Notes: a model not told the origin generated them from the sequence alone. DNA of 64,000 bases from Eledone cirrhosa (GCA_964016885.1 OZ024740.1:5766001-5830000), one strand, 5' to 3'. Positions 25,343 to 38,796 are shown, counted from the first letter of the stretch. Translations and numbers: made by a program.

Positions 25343-26522
25343 TTTCTTTATTTGCCACAAGGGCACAAAAAGATGGGGATAAATACAAATACATACAGTT
25401 TTTTTATCGTAATAATGGACTCGGTGGTCAACTGGATTTGTCCCACCCGTGACAATAGCCGTTCTGCCTAGCTCCACAGGTCGGTAACGCCTGGGCAGAG
25501 TACGAATGCGTGCGCGACGGTTTCCTCGTCCTGCACGCATCTTGGACAGATCTTTTTCGATGGATCCCTGTCCGGGCGCCTGTGTCTGTAGAGCTTGTCT
25601 CGAACGGGTAGAGCTCCTCGGTAGTACTGCCAGGCCAGGGACTTTTGGAAGTTGTCCATCGGTCCCGGGCAGAGTGTCCTACCGAACAGACTGGCCAGTT
25701 CGTCTTCCTCTACGCCTAGCGTTTCTCCGAGAGTGTCGTCGCATTTGCTGCGGACTAACCCTTTATAGAATGACGAGGTGGAGTCTCCACTAATCACCGG
25801 GTCCGTTTTCCAGAGGACTGTGAGCGCCTGAGCACATTCTAAGTGCCAGTCGCCCATTTCCCTCCGTCTTTGCTTGACCCAGGACTGCAGCTCGGTCAGC
25901 GAGACGAGTCGCGGGAAGGCTCGCCTCACGAACGGGACCCACACCGGTTGTTCGGTGAGGAATACGTGGAGGTGCCGTTGCCTGAGTGCGTGTTTGCGCA
26001 TCGTCAGCCACGGCATCACCAGCCCTCCGTTTGAAGGGTGTTGACAGCAGATGGATCTTCTCACCAAAGGAGCCCGCTTCTTCCAAAGGAATTGGAAGAG
26101 TGCGCGCTCCATTTTGGCGAGAGTTTTACATGGACAAGGCATGACGGTGAAGCAGTAATAGATGACGGACGCTATGAAAGCGTTCGCCACCTCCACTCGA
26201 CCTTTCAAGGATAGTTTGCACTTGGCCCACTTCTGGACCTCATTCCAGTTTTTCTCCACCTGGAGGTCCGATCCGAACCAGACCCCGAGCAGCTTCACCG
26301 GTCCCTCCGCCCAGCGTCCAACGACGTCGTCGGAAGGCATCGGTTTGCCTCTCCACGATCCGAGTTGCAAACCGACGGACTTGTCCCGGTTCAGCTTCGC
26401 TCCTGTGAACCTTTCATATTCCTTCAGTAAGGTGCCAACTTCTCCGATTTGCGAGGTGCTCGATACCATTACTATCACATCGTCAGCGTAGGCCGACGCC
26501 GCTTTTCGCAGTCCCGGTTCCA
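25343..26522 (-). mobile_element. Tx1/L1-type LINE copy D, 5'-truncated, within (GATA)n
   Basis: ORF 25468-26637 contains SAYADD...CPRCVQDEETVAHAFVLC; (GATA)n on both sides (25309-25342 and 26528-26610). Confidence 0.9.
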
Positions 26523-26544
26523 ACATAAATAGATAGAAAGATAA

Positions 26545-26610
<66 letters not shown>

Positions 26611-26744
26611 GTGTATTCTTTTAATTGATTTATTCAATCATATTCATCCCAGTATTTACTTTTTGAAATATGGAACATACACAGACACACACATGCAGAC
26701 ACACAAACACATGTACATATGCATCATCATCATTGTCGTTTTAA

Positions 26745-26973
26745 CATCCACTTTCCCTGGATTTCTGATTTAGGCAAAGGTCAACAATTTTTGGGGGATG
26801 ACAGGAAAGTCGGTTAAATCGATCCCAGTGCATTACTGGTACTTTATCGTATCAACCCCGTAGGGATGAAAAACAAGCTAAACTCAGCAGGATTTGAACT
26901 CAGATTGTAAAAGGCTGCAATTCTATGCTGCAAAGCATGGTGTTCGATGTTCCAACGATACTGCCAACCTACC
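26745..26973 (-). mobile_element. tRNA-derived SINE
   Basis: Minus-strand A-box-like TGGCAGTATCG and B box GAGTTCAAATCC; body shared with 59580-59735. Confidence 0.65.
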
Positions 26974-27575
26974 ATATATATACATACTTTCCTCTAGCCA
27001 TGGGGCTTGGAGACATGAACCGAATGCTACCATTCTATTTTATATCAATGTGAACTGCTATTTCTAATAGCCATCTTTTTACCCCTTGATAATTTGTGTG
27101 TGAGACACGTTGGCTCAGTGCTTCTGACAGGAACTAAAAGATTGATTCTTTTTAGCTTCCCGTCCCCACGTAAAATTTGTAATTCAGTGGCTAGTTGAGA
27201 GATAGAGTCCTCTCGGTTGCCAGTTGCTAATCGCTTTACCGTGTCGGTTGTCACAAACAGTCATGACCGGCATGAGGCGGTGTTTGGATTCTGTCGATCG
27301 ATTGGTTATTGATTAGGCGATACCCACAGATGAAGCCGCATAAGCCGATTGTGCATTGTTGCATAATATATGCAGACAGATGGTGCAATGCACCTTAATG
27401 CTGCATTAGTGCTGCAGAAACTCGAGTCCGGGAACCTTATAGGCACCCATTTTACGTGTGTTGTGTTGAGGCAAATAACTATGTGTATACTCTGGTAATG
27501 TATCTTACATTGCCCATTGAATGCGCTGAGATACAACCGGTACTGGCATTGATAACTATGCTGGGTCCGTCAAAC

Positions 27576-27641
<66 letters not shown>

Positions 27642-27724
27642 TATATATATTAATAATAGATATATGTATACTCTTTTACCTGTTCCAGCCATACGGCTGG
27701 GGCCGTGGTGGGGCACTGCCCTTC

Positions 27725-27797
<73 letters not shown>

Positions 27798-27799
27798 GA

Positions 27800-30430
27800 T
27801 CAGGGGAACACGCGAGTCGGATAGATTATATCCTTACCAGAAGACGTGACAGAATGTCTGTTGTAAACACTAAATCCCTCCCCCATGAAGAATGCACCTT
27901 CCAACATAGTCTCATAGTTAGCGACCTCATAGTCAGGACGAGACGTACTCAACAACAGAAGAGGACTACCCTAAGGAGAAGAATATGGAAGTTAAAGGAC
28001 CCCACAGCCAGTAACAAATTTAAAAGCATATTACTTGATGCTTTTGACATTAAGGAAGAGCAATTAGAGTCCTACAATATAGAGGAACAGTGGGAATTCC
28101 TGAAAGTTAACCTGCTGAAGGCGAAAGATGAAATCTGTGGCTGGAGCAGACCTATAGGCAGGAGGAGAGTAACATGGTGGTGGAAGAGTAAGGTGGAGGA
28201 GTCAATCAAGGCCAAAAAGCAGGCTTCGAAAGTATGGCGGGATGGGGGAAGTAGAGAAGACTATCAAGTGGCCAGGAGAAAAGCTAGGCGACAAGTGTAC
28301 TTCGCAAGAAGGGAAGCAGAGGAAAGAAAGTTCAAGCATGTTCTACAACGCTAGGAACAAAAACGTGAGGTATTCAGGATTGCTAGGCAATGTGTCAAGG
28401 AAATCCCGTGATATTGTCGGGGAGAAGTGTGTCCGTAATGATGATGGTGTACTTGCCATCACTGATGTTGATAAGAAGGTAGCTTGGAAGTGTCACTACG
28501 AGAGGCTACTAAATGAGGAGAATAAATGGGACAAAGATAGTCTGCCCCACATCGATCCAATAGAGGGACCAGCAGTGCAAGTTGAAGGTAGTATAATAAG
28601 TAAGGCAATCAAAGATATGAAGACAGGCAAGGCAGCTTGGCCTTCGGAGATAGTTGCTGAAATGCTGAAAGCATCTGGAACGGTGAGACACACTATGGTC
28701 ACACGGATAGTAAACCAAGTCATACAGAACGGGGTCATACCAAATGATTGGCGTAGCATCATCATCATTAACTGCTAGAAGGGTAAAGGAGATGCACTAG
28801 ATAGAGGAAACTATAGAGGCATTAAATTAATTGACCAGGTAATGAAGGTCACAGAAAAAGTTATAGCGCAACTAATCAGAGAGCGAATTGATCTAGACGA
28901 AATGCAGTTTGGATTTGTGTCAGATAAAAGTACCACAGACGCCCTTTTCCTTGTACGACAACTACAGAAGTACCTAGCTAAAATTGAACCCCTATACTTA
29001 GCTTTTGTTGACTTGGAGAAAGCCTTTGACAGAGTTCCCTGCGCCATTATCTGGTGGGATCTTAGAATACTAAGGGAGCAGTCAGCAAGGTTAAAATTAA
29101 CAACAAATATAGTGAGGAATTTAGCGTAAAAGTTGGTATCCATCAGGGGTCTATCCTTAGCCCCCTCCTATTTATTATTGCCCTTCAGGTTATAACAGAG
29201 GAGTTCAAGACCGGCTGCCCATGGAAATTTCTCTATGCAGACGATCTAACGCTCATAGCTGAATCAATGGCTGAACTAGAGAAGAAATTTCAAACATGGA
29301 AGCATGGTCTAGAATCAAAAGGCCTTAAAGTTAACTTGTCTAAGACTAAAGTTCTTCTATGTAGAAAGGAAAATAGGGCACATGTCCTCTCTGGGAAATG
29401 GCCATGCTCAGAGTGTAGGAAAGGAGTAAGCAAAAATTCCATTTTATGTCCCAAATGCAAAGTATGGGTACATAAAAGATGTAGTGGAATCACAGGTAAG
29501 CTATCTAAGAACGTAGATTTTATATGTGGCCGGTGCTCTGGTGCAATAAGTACCAAGCGCCCAGAGGATACTACCTCCTTCTATTGCCCAAATGGCTCTA
29601 TAGAAATAGTGGACACCTTCCGTTACCTAGGTGACAAAATCAACAGTGATGGAGGGTGCTCTGAAAGTACAGTAGCCAGAGTCAGAACGGGATGGAAAAA
29701 GTTCAGAGAGCTTACACCACTATTGGCCGCTAAAGGTTTCTCTCTAAAAATGAAAGGCAGATTGTATGAGGTCTGCATACGAAAAGCTATGTTACATCGC
29801 AGTGAGACATGGGCATTGTGTGCAGAGGATCTGCGCAGACTGGAGAGGAACGAAACATGCATGCTCCGCTGAATGTGTAATAGTAATATACGTGAACAGC
29901 AAAGCATAAATGAACTAAGTGAGAAATTAGGTATAAGAGGGATCAAATGCTGTTTACTCGAGAGAAGACTACGTTGGTATGGTCACGTGATGCGCAAGAA
30001 AGATGACAGCTGTATAAAAAAGTGCAGGGCGATCAAATTTGATGGAAGTTACGGAGTAGGCAGACCCAGAAAAACCTGGGACGATTTGATAAATTCCGAC
30101 CTTACACACTTACATCTCTCCAAGACAATGTCAGTGGACCGAGATCTTTGGTGCTACACAGTAATACAGAAGACCCGCCTTGCCTATGTACAAAGCGAAA
30201 CCTACTACAGTCAGTAGGCACCTCTTAACCAAATATACACACCCCTCCCACTACACCAACTCCCCCAACCCTCATCAACACCACCCCATTCTCTGTAAAG
30301 TTATGCTGGTACCACAACATCCAGTCCTAAATAAATGAGGTCGTATAGGTGTCACGACAAAAAACACAGTCCACGCTTGGAAGATAGATGTTAAACGATG
30401 ATGATGATGAAGATGATGATGATGATGATA
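27800..30430 (+). mobile_element. RTE-clade LINE (end of APE, RT with PHD-like insertion, (GAT)n tail); decayed
   Basis: IDYILTRR...QHSLIVSD (APE end), TWWW, QFGF, DLEKAFDRV, LYADD, CSEC...CPKC...HKRC...CGRC, RLRWYGHV. Confidence 0.92.
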
Positions 30431-30477
30431 ACACATAAGAAATGGAGAATCAGTGTTGTGACGAATAACATTTATTA

Positions 30478-30572
30478 GACATATTACAATCGTTTCTCAG
30501 GCGACAAGCTCGAGGCACAATCGATGTAATGATCGAACCTGACTCTGAAATCGCAAGGTCCTCAGATACATC
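30478..30572 (-). ncRNA. Type I hammerhead ribozyme, family B
   Basis: Minus strand: GATGTAT-CTGAGGA-long stem II-GAAAC-GATT-GTA-ATATGTC. 7-bp stem I with wobbles, intact core, AATAAA downstream. Confidence 0.68.
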
Positions 30573-31143
30573 GCGATTCTACGAAGCAGAGTTTCCTAAT
30601 GTCCAGTTACACCCGCGGCCTTCACTCGGAAGCTTAGATCCTCCGTTTCCAATGTGATATCATACTCTGCTCTGGAAGAACATTGAGTGCTCAAAGAGCC
30701 TACCGCTTACGGACGCTTTAAGCATCCCACACCAATTATATATATCCCATGCTAGCGTGGAAGATGGACGTTAAACGATGATGATGATGATGATGATTAT
30801 GATGATATACATATATATATATATATATATATATGAAGCATAAAAGTGGCTGTAACATGAAGGTGTTTTAATATTTATTATATATTAATAATAAAACACC
30901 TTCATATTCCAGTTTTTTGCTTCCGAAAATACTAAGTGTTCATGTCCCAACAGTGAAGAATGTCAACATATCAACGCAAACATGCTGTTGCCATCAGCAT
31001 ATATAGTTACATGCAGACATATATGCTTGCATGCATATATTTATACATGTATGTATATAGGAGTTTGGATAAAACCATCAATCTAGCTTCCTATATATAC
31101 ATAGAATCAAGTAACAGAAACCAATTACTTATATACCTTATAT

Positions 31144-31144
<1 letters not shown>

Positions 31145-31188
<44 letters not shown>

Positions 31189-33530
31189 GTTTAACGTCTA
31201 TCTTCCACGCTAGCATGGGTTTAGACGGGAATTATCCCACTTGAGGCAAGACTGGTTGGGTGACCATGTCTCGCTCATATAGGACTCTCTGGGAGGTTTT
31301 CTACGGCCGGATGCCCTTCCTAACACCAACCACGTTTACAGTGCGAACTGGGAGGTTTTTACCGTGTTACCTACATGACCATATTACAGCGTGGACTGTG
31401 TTTCTTTGTCGTGACACCTACACGACCTCATTTATTTTGGACTAGATGTAGTACCAACATAACTTTACAGGGAAAGGGGTGGTGTTGATGGGGGTGGGAG
31501 AGTTGGGGTAGTAGGAGGGTGGTGTATATTTAATTAAGAGGTGCCTACTGAGTGTAGGTTTCGCTTTGTATATAGGCAAGGCGGGTCTTCTGTATTACTG
31601 TGTAGCACCAAAGATCTCGGTCCACTGACATTGTCTTAGAGAGGTGTAAGTGTGTAAGGTCGGAATTTATCAAGTCGCCCCAGGTTTTTCTGGGTCTACC
31701 TACTCCGTGGCTTCCATCTAATTTGATCGCCCTGCATTTTTTTATACAGTTGTCGTCTTTCATGCGCATCACGTGACCATACCAATGTAGTCTTCTCTCG
31801 AGTAAACAGCATCTGATCCCTCTTATTCCTAATTTCTCACTTAGTTCATCAATGCTTTGCCGTTCGCGTATATTACTATTACACATCCAACAGAGAATGC
31901 AAGCTTCGTTCATTCCTCTCCAGTCTGCGCAGGTCCTCTGCACGCAATGCCCATGTCTCACTGCCATGTAGCATTGCTGTTCGTATGCAGGCATCATACA
32001 GTCTGCCTTTCATTTTTAGAGAGAAACCTTTAGTGGCCAATAGTGGTATAAGTGCTACTTATTGCACCTGAAGACTGGCCACATATAAAATCTACGTTCT
32101 TCGATAGTTTACCTGTGATCCCACTACATCTTTTATGTACCCATACTTTGCATTTGGGACATAAAATGGAATGTCTGCCTACTCCTTTCCTACACACTGA
32201 GTATGGCCATTTCCCAGAAGGTACCTGTGCCCTATTTTCCTTTCTACATACTAGAACTTTAGTCTTAGACAAGTTAATTTGAAGGCCTTTTGATTCTAGG
32301 CCATGCTTCCATGTTTGGAATTTCTTCTCTAGTTGAGCCATCGATTCAGCTATGAGAGTTAGATCATCTGCGTATAGAAGTTCCCATGGGCAGCTGGTCT
32401 TGAACTCATCTGTTATAGCCTGAAGGGCAATAATAAATAGGAGGGGCTAATGACAGAGCCTTGATGTACACCAACTTTTACACTAAATTCTTCACTATAT
32501 TCGTTGTTAATTCTAACCTTGTTGACTGTTTCTTTATACATGGCTTGTATAGCTCCCACAAGCCACTCATCTACACCTAGTTTTCTAAGAACCCACCAGA
32601 TAATAAAGCGGGGACTCTGTCAAAGGCTTTCTCCTGGTCTACAAAAGCTAAGTAGAGGGGTTTACTTTTAGCTAGGTACTTCTCTTGTAGTTGTTGTACA
32701 AGGAAAAGAGCGTCTGTGGTACTTTTACCTGACACAAACCCAAACTGCATTTCATCTAGATCAATTCGCTCTCTGATTAGTTGCGCTATAACTCTTTCTG
32801 TGACTTTCATGACCTGGTCCACTAATTTAATGCCTCTACAGTTTCCCTTATCTAGAGCATCTCCTTTACCATTGTAGCAATTAATGGTGATGCTGCTACG
32901 CCAGTCATTTGCTATGTCCCCATTAAGTATGCCTTGGTTTACTATCCGGGTGACCATAGTGTGTCCCACCATTCCAGATGTTTTCTGCATTTCAGCGACT
33001 ATCTCTAAAGGCCCAGCTCCCTTGCCTGTTTTCTTATCTTTGATTGCCTTACGTATTGTACTACATTTAACTTGCACTGATGGTCCCTCTATGGGATCGA
33101 TTTGGGGCAGACTATCTGTTTCCCGTTTATTCTCCCCATTTAGTAGTCTCTCGTAGTGACACTTCCAAGCTACCTTCTTATCAACATCAGTGATGGTAAG
33201 TACACCATCATCATTACGGACACACTTCTCCCCGACAATATCACGGTTTTCCTTGACACATTGTCTTGCAATCCTGAACACCTTACGTTTTTGGTCCTCG
33301 CGTTGTAGAACATGCTTGAACTTTCTTTCCTCTGCTTCCCCTCTTGCAAAGTACACTTGTCTCCTAGCTTCACTCCTGGTCACTTGATAGTGTTCTCTAC
33401 TTCCCCCATCCCGCATTGCTTTCCAAGCCTACTTTTTGGCCTTGATTGACTCTACCTTACTGTTCCACCACCAAGTTACTCTCCTCCTGCCTATAGGTTT
33501 GCTCCAGCCACAGATTTCATCTGTTGCCTT
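31145..33530 (-). mobile_element. RTE-clade LINE, 5'-truncated, decayed
   Basis: (CAT)n tail at 31145-31188; ORFs 31545-33647 with the same RT and PHD motifs. Confidence 0.92.
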
Positions 33531-33714
33531 ATATACATATATATCATCATCATTATACGTCCGCTTTTCCCTGCTTGCAAGGGTGGGACGGGAACTGATT
33601 CTGATTTGATTTCTACAGCTGAATGCCCTTTCTAACACTAACCTCATTTACAGTGTGGGCTGGGTGCTTTTTTGCCGTGGCACCTCCACGACCACTTTGC
33701 GGTGAAATAATATG

Positions 33715-33866
33715 GACCCCAGGGCTATCATCTCAATTGTACAGCTGAGTAAACTGGAGCAATGTGAAATAAAGTGTCTTGCTCAAGGAAACAACACATC
33801 ACCCGGTCCGATAATTGAACTCACAACCTTTCGATTGCAAGCCCAATGCTCTAATCACTAAGCCAT
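33715..33866 (-). mobile_element. tRNA-derived SINE fragment
   Basis: Minus-strand A box TGGCTTAGTGATTAG, B-box-like GAGTTCAATT, then TCCTTGAGCAAGACAC. Confidence 0.65.
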
Positions 33867-33927
33867 ATATATAGATTTATACCTATCTATCTATATATAT
33901 ATATAGAGAGAGAGAGATATCTATATC

Positions 33928-33969
<42 letters not shown>

Positions 33970-33985
33970 GATAGATAGATATATC

Positions 33986-34152
<167 letters not shown>

Positions 34153-34260
34153 ATAATAATAAATTTGAAGACTAATAATCCAAAGAGGGCTCGATAAGGA
34201 TGAATATATATCAAATATATAAGAACCGTAGAACAAATATTTATTAAAATAACAAATCAA

Positions 34261-34311
34261 AGTTTATGGAAAGAATCGCTGCTTTCACCCTTAACGGGAT
34301 CTTCTGAAACT
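34261..34311 (-). ncRNA. Hammerhead-like motif (CAGAAGA core), degenerate stem III
   Basis: Minus strand: AGTTT-CAGAAGA-TCCC GTTAA GGGT-GAAAGCA...AAACT. Confidence 0.35.
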
Positions 34312-37300
34312 AAAAAAAATCAATCTGTGAACGCAGAAGTAAATATTTCGAAAAACGTTGCAACCAAAGGAAGACAGGAAGAGACAACATCTGAATATTT
34401 CTACAAAAAACATACCCGTACCAAGCAGGAAGGAATACCTAAAACTCCTGATACAGAAAACAGACTCGTTCATTAAAAGGTTGCGTTGGCGTGCCTTTTA
34501 TTTCGATAAACAGGGAAAAGCGGGCAACAAACAAGATAAATTTGGGTTTAAAACCTACAATAACCCTCCGTGTAACCCAGCATTACTACCATTCGAAAAT
34601 GATGTCTTGGAACTCATACGGAGTATCAAATTTCGGAATAGGAGCAATTCCTTCCAGCAGGACCTGAAGAATAGAATTTGTTCTATTAAGGATTCTAATG
34701 CCGTGCACGTCCACTCCGACAAAACTGGAAATCTATATCAAGTGGAGCGCAGTACTTATCATCAACTGCTACATAATGCTGTAACTAAGGATTACCGTAA
34801 GACTAATTGGAGTATCATTCATGACATCAATGATGCTGGGTTTAAAATCACCTCTGATCTCAACATCATGGACCGGACTGAACCTCTTGACACCATTTCT
34901 CCCCACTTTACCCTGAAGGATCACAAATCCAATTTCCCGAACAACCCCTCTATTCGACTTATTAACCCTACGAAGTCTGATTTAGGTAGACTTAGTAAAA
35001 TGATTTTAGATAGAATTATACCTGAAATTAGAAGCTTGGTCCCTCTTGCACTGTGGAACAAATCTTTCGCGGTGATTGATTGGTTCAACGGCATATGCCG
35101 TTTTATCTAATTCGTTTTATCTAATTCGACATCAATAATTGCTACTCCTCTATCACTTTACCACTCCTTCTCAGAGCTATCAATTTCACTAAAACACTCA
35201 CGGTGGTTAAGGATTTCAAAGTTGATGTCATCCTCAATGCCCGTAAGTCGGTGATTAATTTCGACGACTCTATTTGGATTAAGAAATCTAATAGTACCCC
35301 ATTCGATGTGAGTATGGGCGCCAGCGATTCTGCGGAGGTTACTGATCTTATCGGCCTTTTCCTTCTTTTCTATATCAAGGAAGAATTCTCCAACCTGGAC
35401 GGTGGTTTGTATCGTGATGACGGTCTTTTGACCATGACAAAGTACGGCCCACGCGCTTGCGACAGGTTCAGAAAAGAACTCACAGCCTTCTTTAAAGGCT
35501 TCAACCTCTCCATACAGGTTGAGGCCAACCCCACAGTCGTTAATTACTTCGACGTTACCCTCAATTTGTCGAATGGCTTGCACTACCCGTATAGAAAGCC
35601 GAATGATATGCTTAATTACGTAAGCAAACATTCTAACCATCCTGCCAGCATAACCAAGAACGTGGTAAGAAACGTTTCTTTGAGGCTTTCCCGTCTATCT
35701 ACAAACGAGCATATTTTCACCGACCATTCCACATATTACAATGAAGCTCTTGCTCGGAGTGGATTTGTCGATAAGGTAGCATATACCGAGTATGAGCATA
35801 GGCCTAGGAAAAATAGATCCCCACGCATTATATGGTATAACCCACCATATAATATGGAGGTGACCACAGCATTAGCTAAGATCTTTCTCTCCCTTATTAT
35901 GAAGCATTTCCCGCCAGTACATAAATATAATAACATTTTTAATAGAAATACCATTAAAATTTCTTACTCTACGACTCCTAACTTTGCACATAACATCACT
36001 GCTTCAAATTTAGCTAAATTACCTAGTCGTAGGAACACATGAAACTCTGTAGCTAGTACTAACTGTAATTGTAGGAATCGGGTTGACTGCCCCTATCCGG
36101 GAAATGCCTCTCTAGTAACATTGTCTACAAATGTAAGGTTGAGACATCCACGTCCCGTAGGGCAGCGATTTTACATGCTTACCCATTCTTTTCTTAACCC
36201 TTTAAGAAGGAATACGACGTCACTTTCAGCTTATATCTTGAATCTAAAAGACAACCACACCCAATATAGGTTACACTGGGAGATCCTAGCTAGGCCTAGA
36301 TCGTATAACGGAAATAAAAGGCCATGTGACCTCTGCGCCGCTGAAGCCCTGAAAATACTCTACGCCACAGACCACATCTTAAACAAAAAATCTGAGGCAA
36401 TTTCGGCTTGTAAACATAAATTGCACAAAACTTTCCTGTATTACAGCCCCACTTTATACCCTAACAGATAGTACTAACAATACGCGGATGATTTACGTCT
36501 TGATATGGTAGCTAAGTATGTTTTATCTTTATACCATTACTTATTTGTATAGGTAAGTATATATTACCTGTATGTTTTGTGAAGGTACGTATACTTTCTC
36601 ATATGTATATTTGCTTGTATTTGTTATAGGCGTATATATTATATATACTGGTACATGTGTATATGGTTATGTGTATACGTGAGTTTTGCGTTTGTGTGTG
36701 TATGCGGGTTTGCACGTATGTAGGGTGTGTGTATATGTGTACTTTGTGTTTTGGTTGACGTACGTTTAGCGAGCATATGTGTATTTACATGTGGGTGTGT
36801 GTGTACGCGCGTTATATATGTATTTATGTGTGTATATTTATATACTTTTATATAATTATATGTATACGCGCACACTCACACACACATGTATATATATTTT
36901 TTGTATATATATATATATATATATGTGTATATATATATATATATATACACAGGTATCCACAGTAAGTTGTGGGGTCTATTCTGCATGAAGACCTCGATGT
37001 AATCCATATGTTGAAAATGTTGTAGGTGAAGAAAAATCTCGGAAAACAATAAAACATTAAAAGGAAAACAGAGTCATGATATAAGTTAAAACAATGAAAT
37101 AAAAAATCAAGTCATTAGAGATATACTTCACTGCTTTACGATCGTTTCTAGATGATGATAATACATTGTAGCTATACTCCGTTACTGATCTATGTAAAGT
37201 TAGTTACAAAATATCAGATAAAGAGAATATTTACTTACATGCATATCACCAGCTGTTTTCAAAAGCAATGAAACGATCGTAAAGCAGTGAAGTATATCTC

Positions 37301-37828
37301 TAATGACTTGATTTTTTATTTCATTGTTTTAACTTATATATATATATATATATATATTTTATATATGTTTTATGTGTATTTGGTGTATACCTTCGTATGT
37401 GTGCGGGTACATGCGTTGCGTTGGTTTTTGAATGTGTGCACGTGGTTTTGTGTACGTGCCTGTGTTTGTATACCCATGGCGGGTGTTTCTGCGTATGCAT
37501 ATGTATGTACGTATGCGTGCATCTATATTTTTAATTATTGTTGATTTCAATAACATCTGTAATTTATTTACATTATTCTTAACTCTGAAGTCGAGAATCA
37601 TTCGGTTTCCTAAATAGAATTTTACTCTACGACTTCAGTTATACCTTAAAAGTGGTTTTGTTTTTGCCTGTAATTGTTCTCATCGGTCCACATAATGACG
37701 TATTATCTTCGTTTTTTCCGTTCATTGCCAGGGAATGTTTCCACGAACCAAAGTATCGTCTTCCTGTCTTCCTTCGGTTGCAAATTTTTTCAAAATATTT
37801 ACTGCTGCGTTCACAGATTGATATTTTT

Positions 37829-37879
37829 AGTTTCAGAAGATCCCGTTAATGGTGAAAGCAGCGATTCTTTGCTTAAACT
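37829..37879 (+). ncRNA. Hammerhead-like motif with A4 core variant in the PLE 3' pLTR
   Basis: AGTTT-CAGAAGA-TCC..GGT-GAA-AGCA(9 nt)TGCT-T-AAACT. Stems I and III pair fully. Confidence 0.5.
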
Positions 37880-37924
37880 TTAATCTGTTATTTTAATAAA
37901 TATATATATACACACACACACACG

Positions 37925-38077
<153 letters not shown>

Positions 38078-38146
38078 AAAAAGAGATGAAATCGAAAATG
38101 CAACTGGAGTCTTATTTTTTTTAAAAATATATATATTTATTTGGTT

Positions 38147-38184
38147 CCTTTACCGGTTTCGCATTTCTTCTGCTTTTCAAAAGG
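38147..38184 (-). ncRNA. Minimal type I hammerhead (U3-A8 variant)
   Basis: Minus strand: CCTT-TTGAAAA-GCA GAAGAAA TGC-GAAAC CG GTA-AAGG. Palindromic ACCGGT stem III; AATAAA follows. Confidence 0.75.
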
Positions 38185-38317
38185 TGAGTTGAGATGGAGG
38201 GTCTGTGGTTTTTCTCACATCTATATATATATTTGTAGTAAGGTTGTAGTAAGGTTGCTTGGATGCGTCCATAGGCGGTATGCCAGTTGAGCACTCTATT
38301 TGCTTCGAAATCACTAG

Positions 38318-38410
38318 ACGTATCTGAGGAACTTGCGAATCCAGAGTCAGGTTCGATCCACAGACAGATCGCACCTTGAGCTGTTCGCTGGAGAAGCAAT
38401 TGTAATACGT
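38318..38410 (+). ncRNA. Hammerhead family B (GAAGC point mutant)
   Basis: ACGTAT-CTGAGGA-long stem II-GAAGC-AATT-GTA-ATACGT. Perfect 6-bp stem I. Confidence 0.6.
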
Positions 38411-38451
38411 AATAAATTGTGTTCTGATGCATCACTGATTCTTCGTTTTCC

Positions 38452-38491
<40 letters not shown>

Positions 38492-38564
38492 ATTAGTAAT
38501 TGGATTCTGTTACTCAAGTCTATGTATAGTGAATCGTGTAACTCATTGTCTAATTATATATATG

Positions 38565-38643
<79 letters not shown>

Positions 38644-38760
38644 ACACACACACACATATATATATATATGTATGTAAAAGGTAAACAGAAATAACAACAC
38701 AATCAGTACAGTATATGGAAGGTATATATTAGGTTAACGCTTGATATAGCAGGAAGAGGG

Positions 38761-38796
38761 TCTTAACGTTTCAGATGCTAGTCCTTCATCAGAAGA
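38761..38796 (-). ncRNA. Minimal type I hammerhead
   Basis: Minus strand: TCTT-CTGATGA-AGG ACTAGCA TCT-GAAAC GTT-AAGA. Palindromic AACGTT replaces stem III. Confidence 0.62.

Larger units (their letters stand above)
34238..37902 (+). mobile_element. Penelope-like element (probably Nematis-like), near full length, with inverted 5' pLTR copy
   Basis: ORFs 34358-35110, 35203-36042 and 36121-36471: FIKRLRWRA, DKTGNLY, RLINPTKSDLG, MGASDSAEV, GLYRDDGL, YFDVTL, CNC...CP...C linker, GIY-YIG remnants, LNKKSE. Arms 34238-34385 and 37757-37902 are inverted. Confidence 0.88.

Noticed and set aside
26900-26973. tRNA genes at A/B-box motifs (also 33810-33866 and 59680-59735)
   Set aside because: No full cloverleaf; the boxes are joined to SINE bodies.
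36040-36042. In-frame TGA before the CNC linker as possible selenocysteine, as in Naiad PLEs
   Set aside because: It is not at a conserved Cys position, the related element at 41220-41300 has no TGA there, the copy has other disabling frameshifts, and its endonuclease is C-terminal, unlike Naiads.
37080-37340. GAAAC-GATC-GTA-AAGCAG hammerhead 3' half in both inverted arms
   Set aside because: No matching core and stem I 5' strand found upstream, so it is not called as a ribozyme.
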